A stretch of DNA of 64,000 nucleotides from Squalus acanthias (taxonomy: Eukaryota), in the NCBI GenBank assembly GCA_030390025.1, contig CM059449.1, positions 35,030,001-35,094,000 of the forward strand, written 5' to 3'. Below the pieces are notes generated by a model. The model ran no database searches. It saw only the letters and a program-made list of their open reading frames with translations, and was not told the origin of the DNA. This document shows, piece after piece, positions 1 through 13,644 of the stretch. The position numbers and the translations under genes are program-made. Every line of letters begins with the position of its first letter. The first letter of the stretch is position 1.

Positions 1-280
1 TCCTCTCTGACCCAGGACTCACTGGACAGTGATCAGACTGGGACCCCGGGCTGATTGTGTTCCTCTCTGACCCAGGACTCACTGGACAGGGATCAGAATG
101 GGACCCCGGGCTGATTGTGTTCCTCTCTGACCCAATACTCACTGGACAGTGATCAGACAGGGACCCCGGGCTGATTGTGTTCCTCTCTGACCCAGGACTC
201 ACTGGACAGTGATCAGACTGGGACCCCGGGCTGATTGTGTTCCTCTCTGACACAGGGCTCATTGGGCAGTGATCAGACTG
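1..280. repeat. Minisatellite, 60-bp unit, ~4.6 copies (continues off the window)
   Basis: Unit TCCTCTCTGACCCAGGACTCACTGGACAGTGATCAGACTGGGACCCCGGGCTGATTGTGT repeats at 1, 61, 121, 181 and 241. Confidence 0.95.
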
Positions 281-284
281 GCAC

Positions 285-750
285 TCTGTAATATCTGTTC
301 ACTGTACATACTGGAGTCTGGGAATATATCTAACTGTACACTGTACCCAGTCTGTAATATCTGTTCACTGTACATATTGGAGTCCGGGAATATATCTAAC
401 TGTACACTGTATCCAGTCTGTAATATCTGTTCACTGTACATATTGGAGTCCGGGAATATATCTAACTGTACACTGTACCCAGTCTGTAATATCTGTTCAC
501 TGTACACACTGGAGTCTGGGAATATATCTAACTGTACACTGTACCCAGTCTGTAATATCTGTTCACTGTACACACTGGAGTCTGGGAATATATCTCACTG
601 TACACTGTACCCAGTCTGTAATATCTGTTCACTGTACATACTGGAGTCTGGGAATATATCTCACTGTACACTGTACCCAGTCTGTAATATCTGTTCACAG
701 AACATACTGGAGTCTGGGAATATATCTAACTGTACACTGTATCCAGTCTG
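285..750. repeat. Minisatellite, 63-bp unit, ~7 copies
   Basis: The unit TCTGTAATATCTGTTCACTGTACATACTGGAGTCTGGGAATATATCTAACTGTACACTGTACCCAG recurs and produces the 21-aa periodic ORFs in the track. Confidence 0.95.
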
Positions 751-880
751 CAGTATCCACTGATACAGAAATTATGGACTGGTTGCCGAGTCCAGTTCTG
801 CAGACATCAGATATTAACCTGTGTCCGTCCACCTCCCTCTGTCTAAAATATGTAACATGATATAATTTTTATTTTCCCAG

Positions 881-1416
881 TCCCAGCCTCACTGACCCTG
901 GACCCAAACACAGCGCATCGTGGGCTCATCCTGTCTGAGGACCGGACCAGTGTGAGACTCGGTGACAGAGGATTACTGCTTCCTGATAACCCGGAGAGAT
1001 TCGATACTTGTGGCTGTGTCCTGGGGTCACAGGGATTCACATCAGGGAAACACTACTGGGAGGTGGAGGTCGGGAACAAGACTCAGTGGGACGTGGGTGT
1101 GGCCAGAGAGTCAGCCAATAGGAAAGGACAGATAACACTGGGGCCTAAACATGGATACTGGGCTGTGTATCTGAGAAATGGGAATGAATATAGAGCTGCT
1201 GAAATCTCACGTGTCCCACTGACCCCGAGTGTGAAGCCCAGGACCATCGGAGTTTACCTGGACTATGAGGGAGGACAGGTGACCTTTTACAATGCTGATG
1301 ATCTGTCCAATCTCTACACTTTCACTGACACATTCACTGAAAAACTCTTTCCTTATTTCTATCCTGGATTGAGCGATGAGGGTAAAAATGCTGCTCCTCT
1401 TAAACTGCGTCATTAA
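881..1416 (+). CDS. Terminal exon of a TRIM/butyrophilin-type gene encoding a B30.2 (PRY-SPRY) domain
   Basis: Acceptor TTTTCCCAG ends at 880. Reads [24 protein letters not shown]...[22 protein letters not shown]...WDVGV...[16 protein letters not shown]...FTEKLFPYF, showing the LDP, WEVE and LDYE motifs. Stop TAA at 1414-1416. Upstream exons lie outside the window. Confidence 0.95.
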
Positions 1417-1719
1417 GAACTGTAGCTTCTGAAACTGATGAGTCAGAATAGGGAAAAAATGGGGGTAATTTTAACACTCATAAACGAGTGGGTTTGGGTC
1501 GAGTGGGAGGTTAAAATATTAAAAAATCTGAAACAGGATCCCAACCCGCCTCGATACCCCCACTACCGGTTTTGCCGGAGGCAGGATGAGAGGTGGGTGA
1601 CCAATCCGCTCTCACAAAAACTATCAACAAGCTTCAGATTACAAGCATCTGCAGTAGCTGGTTTAACCCATCGAGGCCGGGTTTTCTAGGCCTCAGGTAA
1701 ACCGGCAGGTAAAAGGAGT

Positions 1720-3003
1720 GATCACCGACCCCCAATCTCTCCCCCCACACTGACCCCCCCCGTGATCACCGACCCCCAATCTCTCCCCACACTGACTTCC
1801 CCGTGATCACCGACCCCCAATCTCTCCCCCACACTGACCCCCCCGTGATCACCGACCCCCAATCTCTCCCCACACTGACCCCCCCGTGATCACCAACCCC
1901 CAATCTCTCTCCCCCACACTGACCCCCCCGTGATCACGGACCCCCAATCTCTCCCCACACTGACTCCCCGTGTTCACCGACCCCCAATCTCTCTCCCCCA
2001 CACTGACCCCCCCGTGATCACCGACCCCCAATCTCTCCCCACACTGACCCCCCCGTGATCACCGACCCCCAATCTCTCCCCCACACTGACCCCTCCGTGA
2101 TCACCGACCCCCAATCTCTCCCCACACTGACCCCCCGTGATCACCGACCCCCAATCTCTCCCCCACACTGACCCCTCCGTGATCACCGACCCCCAATCTC
2201 TCCCCACACTGACCCCTCCGTGATCACCGACCCCCAATCTCTCCCCCACACTGACCCCCCGTGATCACCGACCCCCAATCTCTCCCCACACTGACCCCCC
2301 ACCCCGTGATCACCGACCCCCAATCTCTCCCCACACACTGACCCCCCCGTGATCACCGACCCCCAATCTCTCCCCACACACTTACCCCCCCCCCGTGATC
2401 ACCGACCCCCAATCTCTCCCCACACACTGACCCCCCCGTGATCACCGACCCCCAATCTCTCCCCACACTGACCCCCCGTCATCACCGACCCCCAATCTCT
2501 CTACCCACACTGACCCCCCCGTGATCACCGACCCCCAATCTCTCCCCACACACTGACCACCCGTGATCACCGACCCCCAATCTCTCCCCCCACACTGACA
2601 CCCCCGTGATCACTGACCCCCAATCTCTCCCCACGCTGACCCCCCGTGATCACCGACCCCCAATCTCTCTCCCCCACAATGACCCCCCCCCGTGATCACT
2701 GACCCCCAATCTCTCCCCACACTGACCCCCCTGTGATCACTGACCCCCAATCTCTCCCCCACACTGACTCCCCGTGATCACCGACCCCCAATCTCTCCCC
2801 ACACTGACCCCCCCGTGATCACCGACCCCCAATCTCTCTCCCCACACTGACCCCCCCCGTGATTACCGACCCCCAAACTGACCCCCTCGTGATCACCGAC
2901 CCCCAATCTCTCTCCCCACACTGACGCCACCGTGATCACCGACCCCCAATCTCTCCCAACACTGATCCCCCCGTGATCACCGACCCCCAATCTCTCCCCC
3001 ACT
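1720..3003. repeat. C-rich minisatellite, ~40-45-bp unit, ~30 copies
   Basis: Unit GTGATCACCGACCCCCAATCTCTCCCCACACTGACCCCCCC with variable C-run lengths. Confidence 0.95.
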
Positions 3004-3160
3004 GAAGATCTCCATAAACTGGCTCCAGACCAGCTGAAGATCTCCATAAACTGGCTCCAGACCAGCTGAAGATCTCCATAAACTGGCTCCAGACCAGCTG
3101 AAGATCTCCATAACCTGGCTCCAGACCAGCTGAAGATCTCCATAACCTGGCTCCAGACCA
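3002..3160. repeat. Minisatellite, 32-bp unit, ~5 copies
   Basis: CTGAAGATCTCCATAAACTGGCTCCAGACCAG repeated. Confidence 0.95.
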
Positions 3161-3875
3161 GGTGCTACACCACAACCCAGGGGCACCGAGATATTTTGAC
3201 AGTCTCGGCAAGTCTGAGCCAACCATGAGTAGACGTAAAACTTTTATTCAGGGCTTAATCTGGGATGGGGCTTTGTTTGCAGACAGGGGATCGCATTGTG
3301 GGAGTGAGCAGGTTTTCTTCGTGTCGTTAAAGCAATTCTAAATCGTGCAGCAATTGTAGATGATGTTTCATTCGTTTATGTATTTTTTCTGTTATACAAT
3401 AAATGATTATTTTCTTTATCAAGCCATGGTTTATGCCTGGAATTTCTTATTCACTAAAAGAGACATTCAGTTAATTATCAAATTTGAATCGTGTGGGGAT
3501 CAGAGGTATTTCGCCATATTGAACAATAATATTACATTGATGAAGGTGGGTGGGAGGATTCAGGAAAGAGTAAATTTAAATGCAACAAGAAAAAGGCCGA
3601 GGCTCTACAGCAGAGTAGAGTGCTGGGTAAAAATAAGCAGCGTGGGTCAGGAAGGGAGAGAGAGAGTAACAAAGGTCACAGAGCATTTTGACTAAGGTGA
3701 CATCAGGGAAAAATAGAAAAAAGTCAAAGCTGAATGCGCGAAGCATTCACAACAAAATAGATGATTTAATAACTAATCTTTCCCCCTCACTCCACTCTCT
3801 AACACGGGGGAGGTGCACCCTTACATAGTGCACAGTGATCGGAGCAGGACTTCTGACTAATCCCCCTCTCTAACC

Positions 3876-4235
3876 CAGGCCCTGGTCTGAGGGAGTCTGT
3901 AACAGTTACAGGGCTCAGTAAACCAGGGATACATTCCAGGCCCTGGTCATATGGAGTCTGTAACAGTTACAGGCTCAGTAAACCAGGGATACATTCCAGG
4001 CCCTGGTCTGAGGGAGTCTGTAACAGTTACAGGCTCAGTAAACCAGGGATACATTCCAGGCCCTGGTCTGAGGGAGTCTGTAACAGTTACAGGGCTCAGT
4101 AAACCAGGGATATATTCCAGGCCCTGGTCTGAGGGAGTCTGTAACAGTTACAGGACTCTGTAAACCAGGGACATATTCCAGGCCCTGGTCTGAGGGAGTC
4201 TGTAACAGTTACAGGGCTCAGTAAACCAGGGATAT
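3876..4235. repeat. Minisatellite, 60-61-bp unit, ~6 copies
   Basis: CCAGGCCCTGGTCTGAGGGAGTCTGTAACAGTTACAGGGCTCAGTAAACCAGGGATACATT repeated. Confidence 0.95.
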
Positions 4236-4544
4236 ATGCCACCACAAAATCTTGTGGATGCTCGAAATCTGAGCATAAACGTAAAGTGTTCGAGGTACTC
4301 AGCAAGTCAGGCAACCTGAGTGGAGATATAAATGGGAATTAAGGGACTCAGTAAACCGCTTTAATATTAGCGACGGTGAATTTATTTTGTCCACTGTTTT
4401 AATGTTTTTCTGGATTCCAGCTCTGTATACCAGTGTGGAGATTGATGCATGTTATAAAATAATCCCCTTGGTATTTATTGGAGCCCTTAAACATTTTACA
4501 ATAACCGGGTCACTGCCTCCTGTAAAATACTAGATGAAGCAATT

Positions 4545-5775
4545 TTTCCTCCCATCCAGTCTCTTCCTGTCCCCTCCCCTTCACCTACACTCCGCTCCCT
4601 CCCCACTCCTCTCTCTCTCCTTCACTCCCTCCCCTACCTTCCCTAATCTTTCCCCCTCACTCCACTCCCTCCACTTTCTCCCTCCCCTCCACTCTTTGCC
4701 TCCGCTCCCACTCTCTCCCCCTCCACACTCTCCCTCCCTGCCACTCTCTCCCTCCCCTCTGCTCCTTCTCCCTCCCGACACTCTCTCCCTCCTTCTCAAC
4801 TCTCTCCCTGTCCCCACTCCATCCACTCTGTCCCCCTCCCTCCACACAGTCCCCCTTCCACTCTCTCTCTCTCCCCTCCCCTCCACTCACTCTACCTCCC
4901 CTCCACTCCTTTCCCCTCAACACTGTCCCTCCCCTTCCACTCCCGCTCTCTCTCCCTCCACCCTCTCCCTCACCCTACTCTCTCCCTCGCTCCCAATTCT
5001 CTTCCTCCCACCACTTTCCCACCGTTCTTCGCTGCCCTCCACTGCACTCTCTTTACTCACCCTCCACTCTCTCCCTTACCTCCACTCTCCCACTCTACCT
5101 CTGCACTCTCTCCCTCCTCTCCATTTTCTCCTCCACTCCATTCTCTCCTCCACCTCTCCACTCTACACATCCCCTCTCCACTTCCCCTCCCCCTCCTCTC
5201 TCTCCCACCCTTCACTCTCCCCTTCCCTTCCACTCTCCTCCCTTGAGTCTCTACCTCCTCTCCACTCTCCCCCTCCGCCTCGCCTCTCTCTCCCTCTTTT
5301 CACTCTCACCTTCCCTTCAACTCTCTTCACCCTCCAGTCTCTCCCTCCCCTTCCTGTGAGTGAAATATTTCAGGATACTTTTCAATGAATACTAAATCAG
5401 AGGGACAACAGAGAGAGAGAGAGAGACGTGGGTACAAACACAAAGAGAGATAAAGAGCAAATGACAGAGACAAAGGGAAAGAAAATGACAGGAACAGGGA
5501 GAGAAAGAAAGAGAGAGAGGGAGGGGGAATTAAAGAGACACAGGGCTAAAGAGCGAGACAGTGACAGAGAGAGAGAAGGAGAGAGGTTGGTACAGAGGCA
5601 GAGAAAGAAAGATAAAATAACAGGGATAGACAAAGAATGAGAAAAGAGAGAGAGTGACAAAAGGAACAGAAAAGACAAGGATAGAGACAGAAGGGTAAAG
5701 AGAGAGAGATGGAGAGAGAGAGTGAAGGAATAGAGAGTGAGAGAAAGAAACAGAGACAGAGAAAGAAACATTGAC
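4545..5775. repeat. Low-complexity CT-rich tract (4545-5352) followed by a GA-rich tract (5400-5775)
   Basis: Base composition is directly visible; the ORFs here are low-complexity artefacts. Confidence 0.9.
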
Positions 5776-5799
5776 AAAGGTGGGAGAAAGGTCAGAGCT

Positions 5800-6755
5800 T
5801 AAGGAGTCAAGGGACAAGTAGAATGGATAGCAAACTGGCTACAAAACAGAACACAGTGAATAGTGATTAAAAGTAGTTAATCAGATCGGTGCTGGGACCA
5901 ATGCTGTTCAACATTTGCAGAAATGATTTGTAAAATTTCTAAACTTGCGGATGACACTAAATTGGGGTAATAGTTATTACTGAGGAAGACCATGACACAA
6001 TACAAGAAGATGTTCATAAACTTGTAGAATGGGTGTTAAATGGCAACTGCATTTCGATATAAATAAATGTGAGGTGGTGCATTTTGGTAGGAGGAATAAG
6101 GAGGCCAGATACTCTTTGGAAAATAAGAGTCTAAATGGGTAGAGGAGCAAAGGGACATAGGGGTAAAAATTCACAAATCATTAAAATGGGCAATGCATGT
6201 TAATAAGGCCATAAAAATGGAAACAAAGGACTGGGGTCAATTTCGAGAGGAGTAGAATTGAAAAACAGGGAATTTATGTTAAACTTGTACAGAACCGAGG
6301 TTAGATCACACACAGAGTTCTGCGTACACGTCTGATCTCCATATTGCAGAAAGGATATAGAGACACTGGAGAAGCTGCAAAAAAGATTGACAAGGATGAT
6401 ACCAGAACTGAGAGGTTAATTCTACCAGGACAGACTGAACAGGCTGGGGCTCTGTTCTCTGGAAAAGAGAAGACTGAGAGGTGACCTGATAGAGGTCCTT
6501 ACAATTATGAAGGGATTTGATGGGGTAGATGTAGAGAAGATGTTTCCACTTGTGGAGGATTCCAAAACTAGGGCCCATAAATATGAGATAGTCACTAGTA
6601 AATCCAGTACAGCATTCAGGAGAAACCTTTTTACCCAAAGAGTGGTCAGAATGTGGAACTTGCTGCCACGTGGAGTAGATGAGGCGAATAACATTGAAAC
6701 CTTAAAGGGGAATCTAAATAAGCACATGGACAGGACTGGAAGGATATGCTGATGG
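5800..6755 (+). mobile_element. CR1-clade LINE, decayed 3' ORF2 fragment
   Basis: Remnants of (F)ADDTKLG, KCEVVHFG, RRLRGDLIEV and FTQRVVRMWNLLP. Confidence 0.85.
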
Positions 6756-7899
6756 GGGAGATAAAGTCGCTATTTCTTTTTTCTAAGCACCTCATTAATT
6801 CTGTGTCTGTGAATTTCTGTGCACAGTGTTCCACATTCTCACAATACTTTGTGTGAAAAAGCTGTTCCTGGATTAAAATGGAACTGGTTTGATTCAAATT
6901 CTAAACCTATAAGAATCAACATGGAAATATAATTTGAATATTAGTTTATTTGGGTAAGCAAATGCAAACAGTTCAACGTTCCTGTCAAGGAAATATCGCA
7001 GTGAGGGAAAGATTTCTAGGTACAAAGTCCAACAGCCAGCACTGGTTAATCAGTGACATCATGTGGGTCCTGATAAACAAAATCAATACATTGACTGATA
7101 GCACTATACCATAAAAAGTTAAACTGATTAGTGACTGTTCAAAGTACAGTTTGCAATTAAATTTTATCGTGTTGTTTTGTAGTTTTCCAGATGCCTCCCT
7201 GTAGAATCTTATACAGAAAATGGCCATAAATTGCAATTATGAAATACAAATCCATTATTGCAGGAATAGTGAGTGTTACAATTGTTTTTTATCCCATGGT
7301 GCTCAGTTGATATCCAGTCCAAGTGAATGGGATGAAAGTCTCTTTGCTGTTGACTGCAGGAGTCCCAATTTGTGAGTAAATTGTGTTCGCCCTGTTAAGG
7401 CCTTGTTAAACACCAATTCTGCAAATTCTGCCTGAGCACATTTGAGAATAAAAGCTGGGGAAACTGCGCTTCCTATTCCTGCCCTGCTCAGGGACATAAC
7501 TGTCCTCGTCCTCCAAGTGACACAAGCAGCATTAGGCACGACGTCACGATGCGTGACCCTCAGTTCCTTTAGCTTCACCTGGCCGTGTTCAGAGAACATT
7601 ATGATCGGATATATCATCTACAACAATGGTTTTCAACTGATATAGAAAAACCCCCTCCACTCATCCAATGGTAGGGTTTGCTGGAGTATACGTAGGGTAA
7701 GGAATTGGCTCAAAAACAAACTGGCAAATTAGACAAGGCCGAGATGATGTGAGCAGCCACCTTCTGATGAAGATTGTAAGGCTAGCTGGTAGTTCGTGTA
7801 GTGAACACCCATTTTTATACAGTAGAATTGCATTTTCAGTGGATATTTTGAAATCTACGTCCAGAAATTTGCTATTCGGATACAGACTGATGGAGCATT

Positions 7900-9090
7900 T
7901 GGACTAATATGAGCTGATCAGAGAGAGCCAGCATGGATTTGTAAATGGTAAGTCATGTCTAATGAAGCTAGTTGAATTATGTGAGGAGGTAACTAACATG
8001 GTAGGTAAGGAATTGTCTATGGATGTTATTTATATGGACTTCCAGAAGGCATTCGACAAGGTTCCACAAAGGAGACTGGTAACAAAAATGAAAGTGCACA
8101 GAATTGGAGGCAACCTATTGGGTTGGATAGAGAATTGATTAGGAGGTAGGAGACAGAGGCTAGAGATATTGGGTATGTACTCAGATTGGCAGGATATGAC
8201 CAGTGGGGCCTCAGATTTTCATTATAATTCTAACTGACTTGGATGAAGGAATAGAGAGCCATATATCCAGACTTACTGACGACACCAAGTTAGGTCACAC
8301 AGTAAATAGTGAAGATTGGAGCAGAAAGTTGCAAAGGGACATTGAGAGATTAAGTTAGTGGCAAAAACTGTGGCAGGTGGACTTCAATTTGGGGAAATGT
8401 GAGGTCATCCACCTTGGACATAAGTAAGAGAGATCAGAGATCGAGAAGCTGGGAACTGTGGATGAGCAGAGAGATTTAGGGGTCCAAGTACTGAAATGAC
8501 TACAAGCTAGTGGACAGGTAAAAAGAAATATTTTAAAAGCTCATGGAATGTTGGCCTTTATCTCATCAGGGATGGAATACAAAGGGGGGAAGTTATGTTA
8601 CAGCTGTACAGAGCTCTGGTTAGACCCCATCTGGAGTATTGGGCTCACTTCTGGGCACCGCACCTCAGGGAGGATATCTTGGCCTTGGTGGGGATGCAAT
8701 GCAGATTCTCCAGAATGATAACGAAGCAACAAAGGATTACATTATGAGGGCAGGTTGCATAGGCTAGGATTGTGTTCCCTTGACCATAAAAGATTAACTG
8801 GTGATCTAACTGAGGTGTTTAAGATGATTAAATGATCTGACAGGGTAGATAGAGAGAAAGTATTTCACCTGGTGGGAGTCCAGAACAAGGTGGCATAACA
8901 TTAAAATTATAGCTGGACATTTCAGGGGCGATGTTCAGAAAGCACTTCTTCACATGAAGATTAGTGGCAATCTGGAACTCTCTCCCCAAAAATGCTGTTG
9001 AGGCTAGGGGTCAATTGAAAATGACAACACTGAGATTGATAGATTTTTGTTAGGCAAGGTTATTACAGGTTTCGGAACCAAAGCGGGTAC
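7900..9090 (+). mobile_element. CR1-clade LINE RT fragment
   Basis: QHGF..GKSCL, YMDFQKAFDKVP, DDTKLG, LVRPHLEY, HFFT..V..WNSLP with stops and frameshifts. Confidence 0.85.
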
Positions 9091-9099
9091 ATCACTGAG

Positions 9100-12000
9100 A
9101 GGGTGCAGAACATTTTGAGCGGGGAAGGGGAACAGCCAGATGTAGTGGTCCATGTGGGAACCAATGAAACATGAAAGAAAAGGGCTGAGGTGCTGCAGTC
9201 AGAGTTTCACAGCTCAGAAGAAAATTAAAGAGCAGGACCTGAAAGGTAGTTATCTCTGGATTCCTCCAGTGTCACAGTGCTAGTGAGTATAGGAATAGTA
9301 GGATAAGACAGGTTAACACATGGCGTGAAAAATGGTGCTGGAGGGAGGACTTCAGATTTCTGGGGCAGTGAAACCAGCTCTGAGGCAAGAGGAGCCTATT
9401 CAAGGTGAATGGGTTGCACCTCACAGTGCTGGGACCAATGACCTTGTGGGAAGGATAACTAGTTCTGTGGAAGAGGGTTTAAACTTAGTTGTCAGGAGGA
9501 TGGGCACCTGGGTGAAAGATTAGAGAGGAAAAACAAGGTGCACAGAGGACAGGGAGAGACTGATCGCACTAGAGTAAAGGGTAGTTCAGAAATAGGGGGG
9601 ATAAGACAGGGCAATGCGAGGCAGTCTAAGATGGGTTTGGAGTACATGTGCATAAATGGACGTAGCTTGGGAAATAAAGTTGGTGAACTGCAGGCACAAG
9701 TCACCACATTGGATTCAGGAAAGATTGGGAAGAAAAAAAGGAGGGGTGGCAGTATTGATCAAATAAACTATTGTAGCACTGGAGAGGGATGATGTAGTTG
9801 AGGGGTCAAAGACAGAATCTATTGGGTTAGCGTTAAAGAAGATGACCTATTTCACTATTGGGTGTATACTATAGGCCACCTAATAGTGGTAAGGAGATTG
9901 AGGAGCAAATCTTCAGGCAAATTACTGGAAAATGAAAGAACTGGAGTAGTGATAATGGGGGACATCAATTTTCCTAATATAGACTGGGATAGTAACACAA
10001 TAAAGGGCAAAAAGGTGGTGGGAATTACTGATATATGTACAAACGACCTTTCTTAATCAGTGTGTTTCGAGCCCAACGAGGTAGAAAGCTGGATCTAGTT
10101 CTGGGGAATGAAGTGGGGCAAGTGGAGAATCTATCAGTGGGGGAGTACTTGGGGAACAGTGATCATAATATCTTTAGCTTTAGAATAGTTATGTCAAAGG
10201 AAATGGAACAATCAAGCATTCCAATACTTAACTGGAGGAGAGCCAACTTTCAGTAAGTTGAAAAGTAATCTTGCCCAGTGGATTGAATCAAAAATTTGCA
10301 GGCAAAACTGTAATTAAACATTGGGAGGACTTCAAAGCTGGGTATAGATTAGACACATTCCATCAAGGGGTGAACGGAAGGGCTTCCAAAGCTCGAGTTC
10401 CCTGGATTACTACAGATATAGAGATTAAAATGAGACATCAAAAGGAGCCGATGACAAATGCCAGGTTCAAAATACAGTAGGGAACCAAGCTGAATGCAGA
10501 TAGTACAGAGGAGATCTAAATAAGGAATAATAAGGGCCAAGGGAGAACATGAGAATAGATTAGCAGCTAACATCAAAGGGAACCCGAAAGTATATTCAAA
10601 TCATATAAAGAGTAAAAGGATAGTCAAAGGAAGGGACAACAAAAGAGTTATTCTTGTAGAGGCAGGGACATAATTGAGATAGTAAATGATTACTTTGCAT
10701 CTGTCTTCACAGGATAGAGGATGCTGCCAATGTAGCAGTAAAGGAGGAGGCCGTAGTGTTACTGCAAAAGATAAAAAAAATAGTTATAAAGAAGAGGTAA
10801 TTAAAAGGTTGGCAGTGCTTAAAGTAGAAAAGTCACCTGGTCCAGTTGGGATGCATCCTATGTTACTGAGGGGAGTAAGGGTGGAAATTGCGGAGGCCCT
10901 GGACACAATCTTTAGATATGGGGGTGGTGCCAGAGTAGTGGAGGATTGCAAATGTTACACCCCTGTTTAAAAAGGGGGAGAAGGATAAACCTGGCAACTA
11001 AAGGCCAGTCAGCCCAACGGTGGTGGGGAAACTTTTAGAGACAATAATCCGGGACACCATTAAATGGGATTTGGAAAAGTATGGTCTAATAAATGAAAGG
11101 CTGCACGGATTTGTTAAAGGCAAATCGTGTTTGACTAACTTGATCGAGTTCTTTGAGCAAGTATCGGAGAGGGTTGACGAGGGTTGATGTTGTGTATATG
11201 GACTTTCAAAAGGTGTTTGACAAAGTAGCTCATAATACACTTGTTAGCAAATTTAAAGTACATAGGATTATAGGGACAGTGGCAGCATGGATACAAAATA
11301 GTCTAAGGGATAGAAAGCAGAATGTAGTGGTGAATGGTTGCTTTTCAGACTGGAGGGAAGTATACAGTGGTGTCCCCCAGGGGAGGGTATTAGGACCACT
11401 GTTCTTTTTGATATGTATTAATGACCAAGAATTGGGTATACAGGGCAGAATTTCAAAGTTTGCAGATGATACGAAACTCGGAAATGTAGTGAACAATGAG
11501 GAGGATAGTAACAGACTTCTGGAAGACATAGACAGACTGGTGAAATGGGCAGACACATGGCAGATTAAATTTGAAGCACAGAAGTGATACATTTTGGTCG
11601 GAAGAATGAGGAGAGGCAATAAAACTAAATGCTGCAATTTAAAGGGGCTGCAGGAACAGAGAACATGAGGTGTATGTACACACACCTTTAAAGGTGTCAG
11701 GACAAGTGGAGAATGCTGTTAAACACGATGGGATCATTGGCTTTATTAATCGAGGAAAGAGTAGAAAAGCAATGAAGTTATGCGAAAAATGTATAGAACA
11801 ATGATTAGGCCTCAGCTGAAATATTGTGTTCAATTCTGGGCACCACACTTTAGGAAATTATGTCAGGGCCTTGGAGAGGGTCCAGAAGAGATTTACTAGA
11901 ATGGTACCAGGGGTGAGGGACTTTAATTATGTGGTGAGTCTGGAGAAGATGCAGTTTTTCTCCTTAGAACAGAAAAGGTTAAGAGGAGATTTGATCGAGG

Positions 12001-12450
12001 TGTTCAAAATCATGTACGGTTTTGATAGAGTAAATCAGGAGAAACTGTTTCTAGTTGCAGTAGGGTCAGTAACCAGAGGACACAGATTTAAGGTGATTGG
12101 CAAAAGAACCAGAGTCGACATGAGGAAACACTATTTACGCAGCGAGTTGTTGTGATCTGGAATTCACTGAATGAAAGGGAGGTGGAAGCAGATTTAACAG
12201 GAACTTTGAAAATTGAATTGGACAAATACTTAGAGGGAAAACAGAAATATAGATCTGTGGGGAAAGAGTAGGTGAGTGGGAATCATTGGCTCGTTCTACC
12301 AAAGAGCAGACACAGGCACAATGGGCCGAATGGCCTCCTTCTGTGCTGTATCATTCCATGATTGGATGGAGTTAAAACACAGATCAGCCATGATCTACTT
12401 GAATGGTGGAAAAAGGCTCGAGGGACTGAATGGCCTCCTCCTGTTCCTAG
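9100..12450 (+). mobile_element. Near full-length decayed CR1 LINE (ORF1 esterase end, endonuclease, RT, 3' tail)
   Basis: VVVHVGTN (SGNH esterase-like), IMGDINFPNIDW, LDLVLGNE, SDHN, YMDFQKVFDKV, SGVPQG, FADDTKLG, and the 3' GGGCCGAATGGCCTCCTTCTG tail. Confidence 0.9.
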
Positions 12451-13430
12451 ATTAATATTGGGGATGTTGGAGGTGAAATGCTCTACATGCTGGTATAACA
12501 TTCCTTTGCCTGTTATTTTAATGGTGCAGCCTGTTTAAAACCAGTGGGATATCACCTGTGTTACAGCAGTGGACAGTAACATGTCTCACTAACATTGCCA
12601 ACAGTAATTTTAGGCAGAAAATGTACAGCGGTACAGCGAGTAATAAGAGTCAATGAACAAGTGTATTTGTATCTTGGTCTGAAATTCCTCTTTTCACTAT
12701 TTTAGCAGAGCCTCACTCTGTTCACAGCAGAGAGATTTACACCGCCACTGAAAGGGAGGAGGGTTGAATTTTCAGATTGAGTAGATTGTAAACTTTATAT
12801 CACCTTAACAAGGCGAGGCTGTATTTGCCAGTGAGGTTTGCACCTGTTCTGAGAAGGTGCAAACACAGGATTGGAGATTGCTGCTGCTTTTAACAGCCAG
12901 CTCTATAATCGCTACCGATCAGGTTCAGTGGGGTATATCCTCGCCGGTGCTTTCAATTTGTGTCCCAGTCTTCCTCCAGTTTCAAGTCTTTACCATTGAC
13001 CAGTGTGTTATTTTCTAATCCAATTCTGCCCGCAGTTCCTAATGCTGGGAATAGAGCCAGAGATTCCCTCCCCAGTGACGGGAGGTGATTTCTTTATCAT
13101 TGGATAGAATGAGTTTCACTGAACGAGATAAGCAGAATAATGTGGGAGGGGTTCGGACATCGACAAAACCTTCCCGTCTCGCTGTGCAGGGTTTTCACTG
13201 AGTGACTCCCTGAAACATGTTCCTCTTTGCTTTACTGAGACTTTACTTTTTTCAAAGGGTGGTTCCTGGTAAGTCAAATGACAGGAGTTGTGCGGCTATA
13301 TTCATTATTGCACTAGACCGCCATCGAGAACAACATATTGGGCCCGCGTTCGTCCGGGTTAGACTGACTGCCCCCGTGTTTAGTCCGGGTTACAATGACT
13401 GCCCCCGTGTTTAGTCCGGGTTACACTGAC
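12181..13430 (+). repeat. Copy 1 of a ~1.2 kb local duplication (CR1 tail, class I promoter, leader exon)
   Basis: Colinear high-identity match to 14843-16150. Copy 1 lacks the ~45-50 bp present in copy 2 at ~15465-15512. Confidence 0.92.
13217..13268 (+). CDS. Candidate MHC class I leader exon A1 (MFLFALLRLYFFQRVVP, phase 1)
   Basis: ATG at 13217, hydrophobic signal-like peptide, donor CCTG|GTAAGT; duplicate of 15927-15978. Confidence 0.65.
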
Positions 13431-13469
13431 TGCCCCACGTGTCCATGACCACATGGCGCAGGCCTTGGA

Positions 13470-13550
13470 CTGTGAGTCAGTTTCGGTGTTGCTCACGGTT
13501 CAGGGACAGCCCTGAACAATCAGTGACGTATCTTTACTGCGATTGGACGG
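13470..13550 (+). promoter_or_regulatory. Class I-like promoter module: AP-1, ISRE-like, X2/CRE and Y box
   Basis: TGAGTCA 13473-13479, AGTTTCGGTGTT from 13479, TGACGTA 13524-13530 and ATTGG 13542-13546, about 100 bp before the ATG at 13645. Confidence 0.55.
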
Positions 13551-13644
13551 TGAGCTCCCGCACTGCCCACTTGTGAGTGAAGCTGGGCTCGGATTCATTC
13601 AAGGCGCTCAGTCTTGTTCTGTCACTGGGAGAGGCGGCGGGCGG

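Noticed and set aside
259-763. Cys-periodic 164-aa ORF resembling zinc fingers
   Set aside because: It is the translation of a 63-bp intronic minisatellite (a multiple of 3), with no His ligands or splice support.
1720-3160. CRISPR-like regularly spaced repeats
   Set aside because: There are no unique spacers or cas genes; these are eukaryotic tandem repeats.
4534-5388. 284-aa Pro/Ser/Leu-rich ORF
   Set aside because: A CT low-complexity tract that lacks stops because of its composition.
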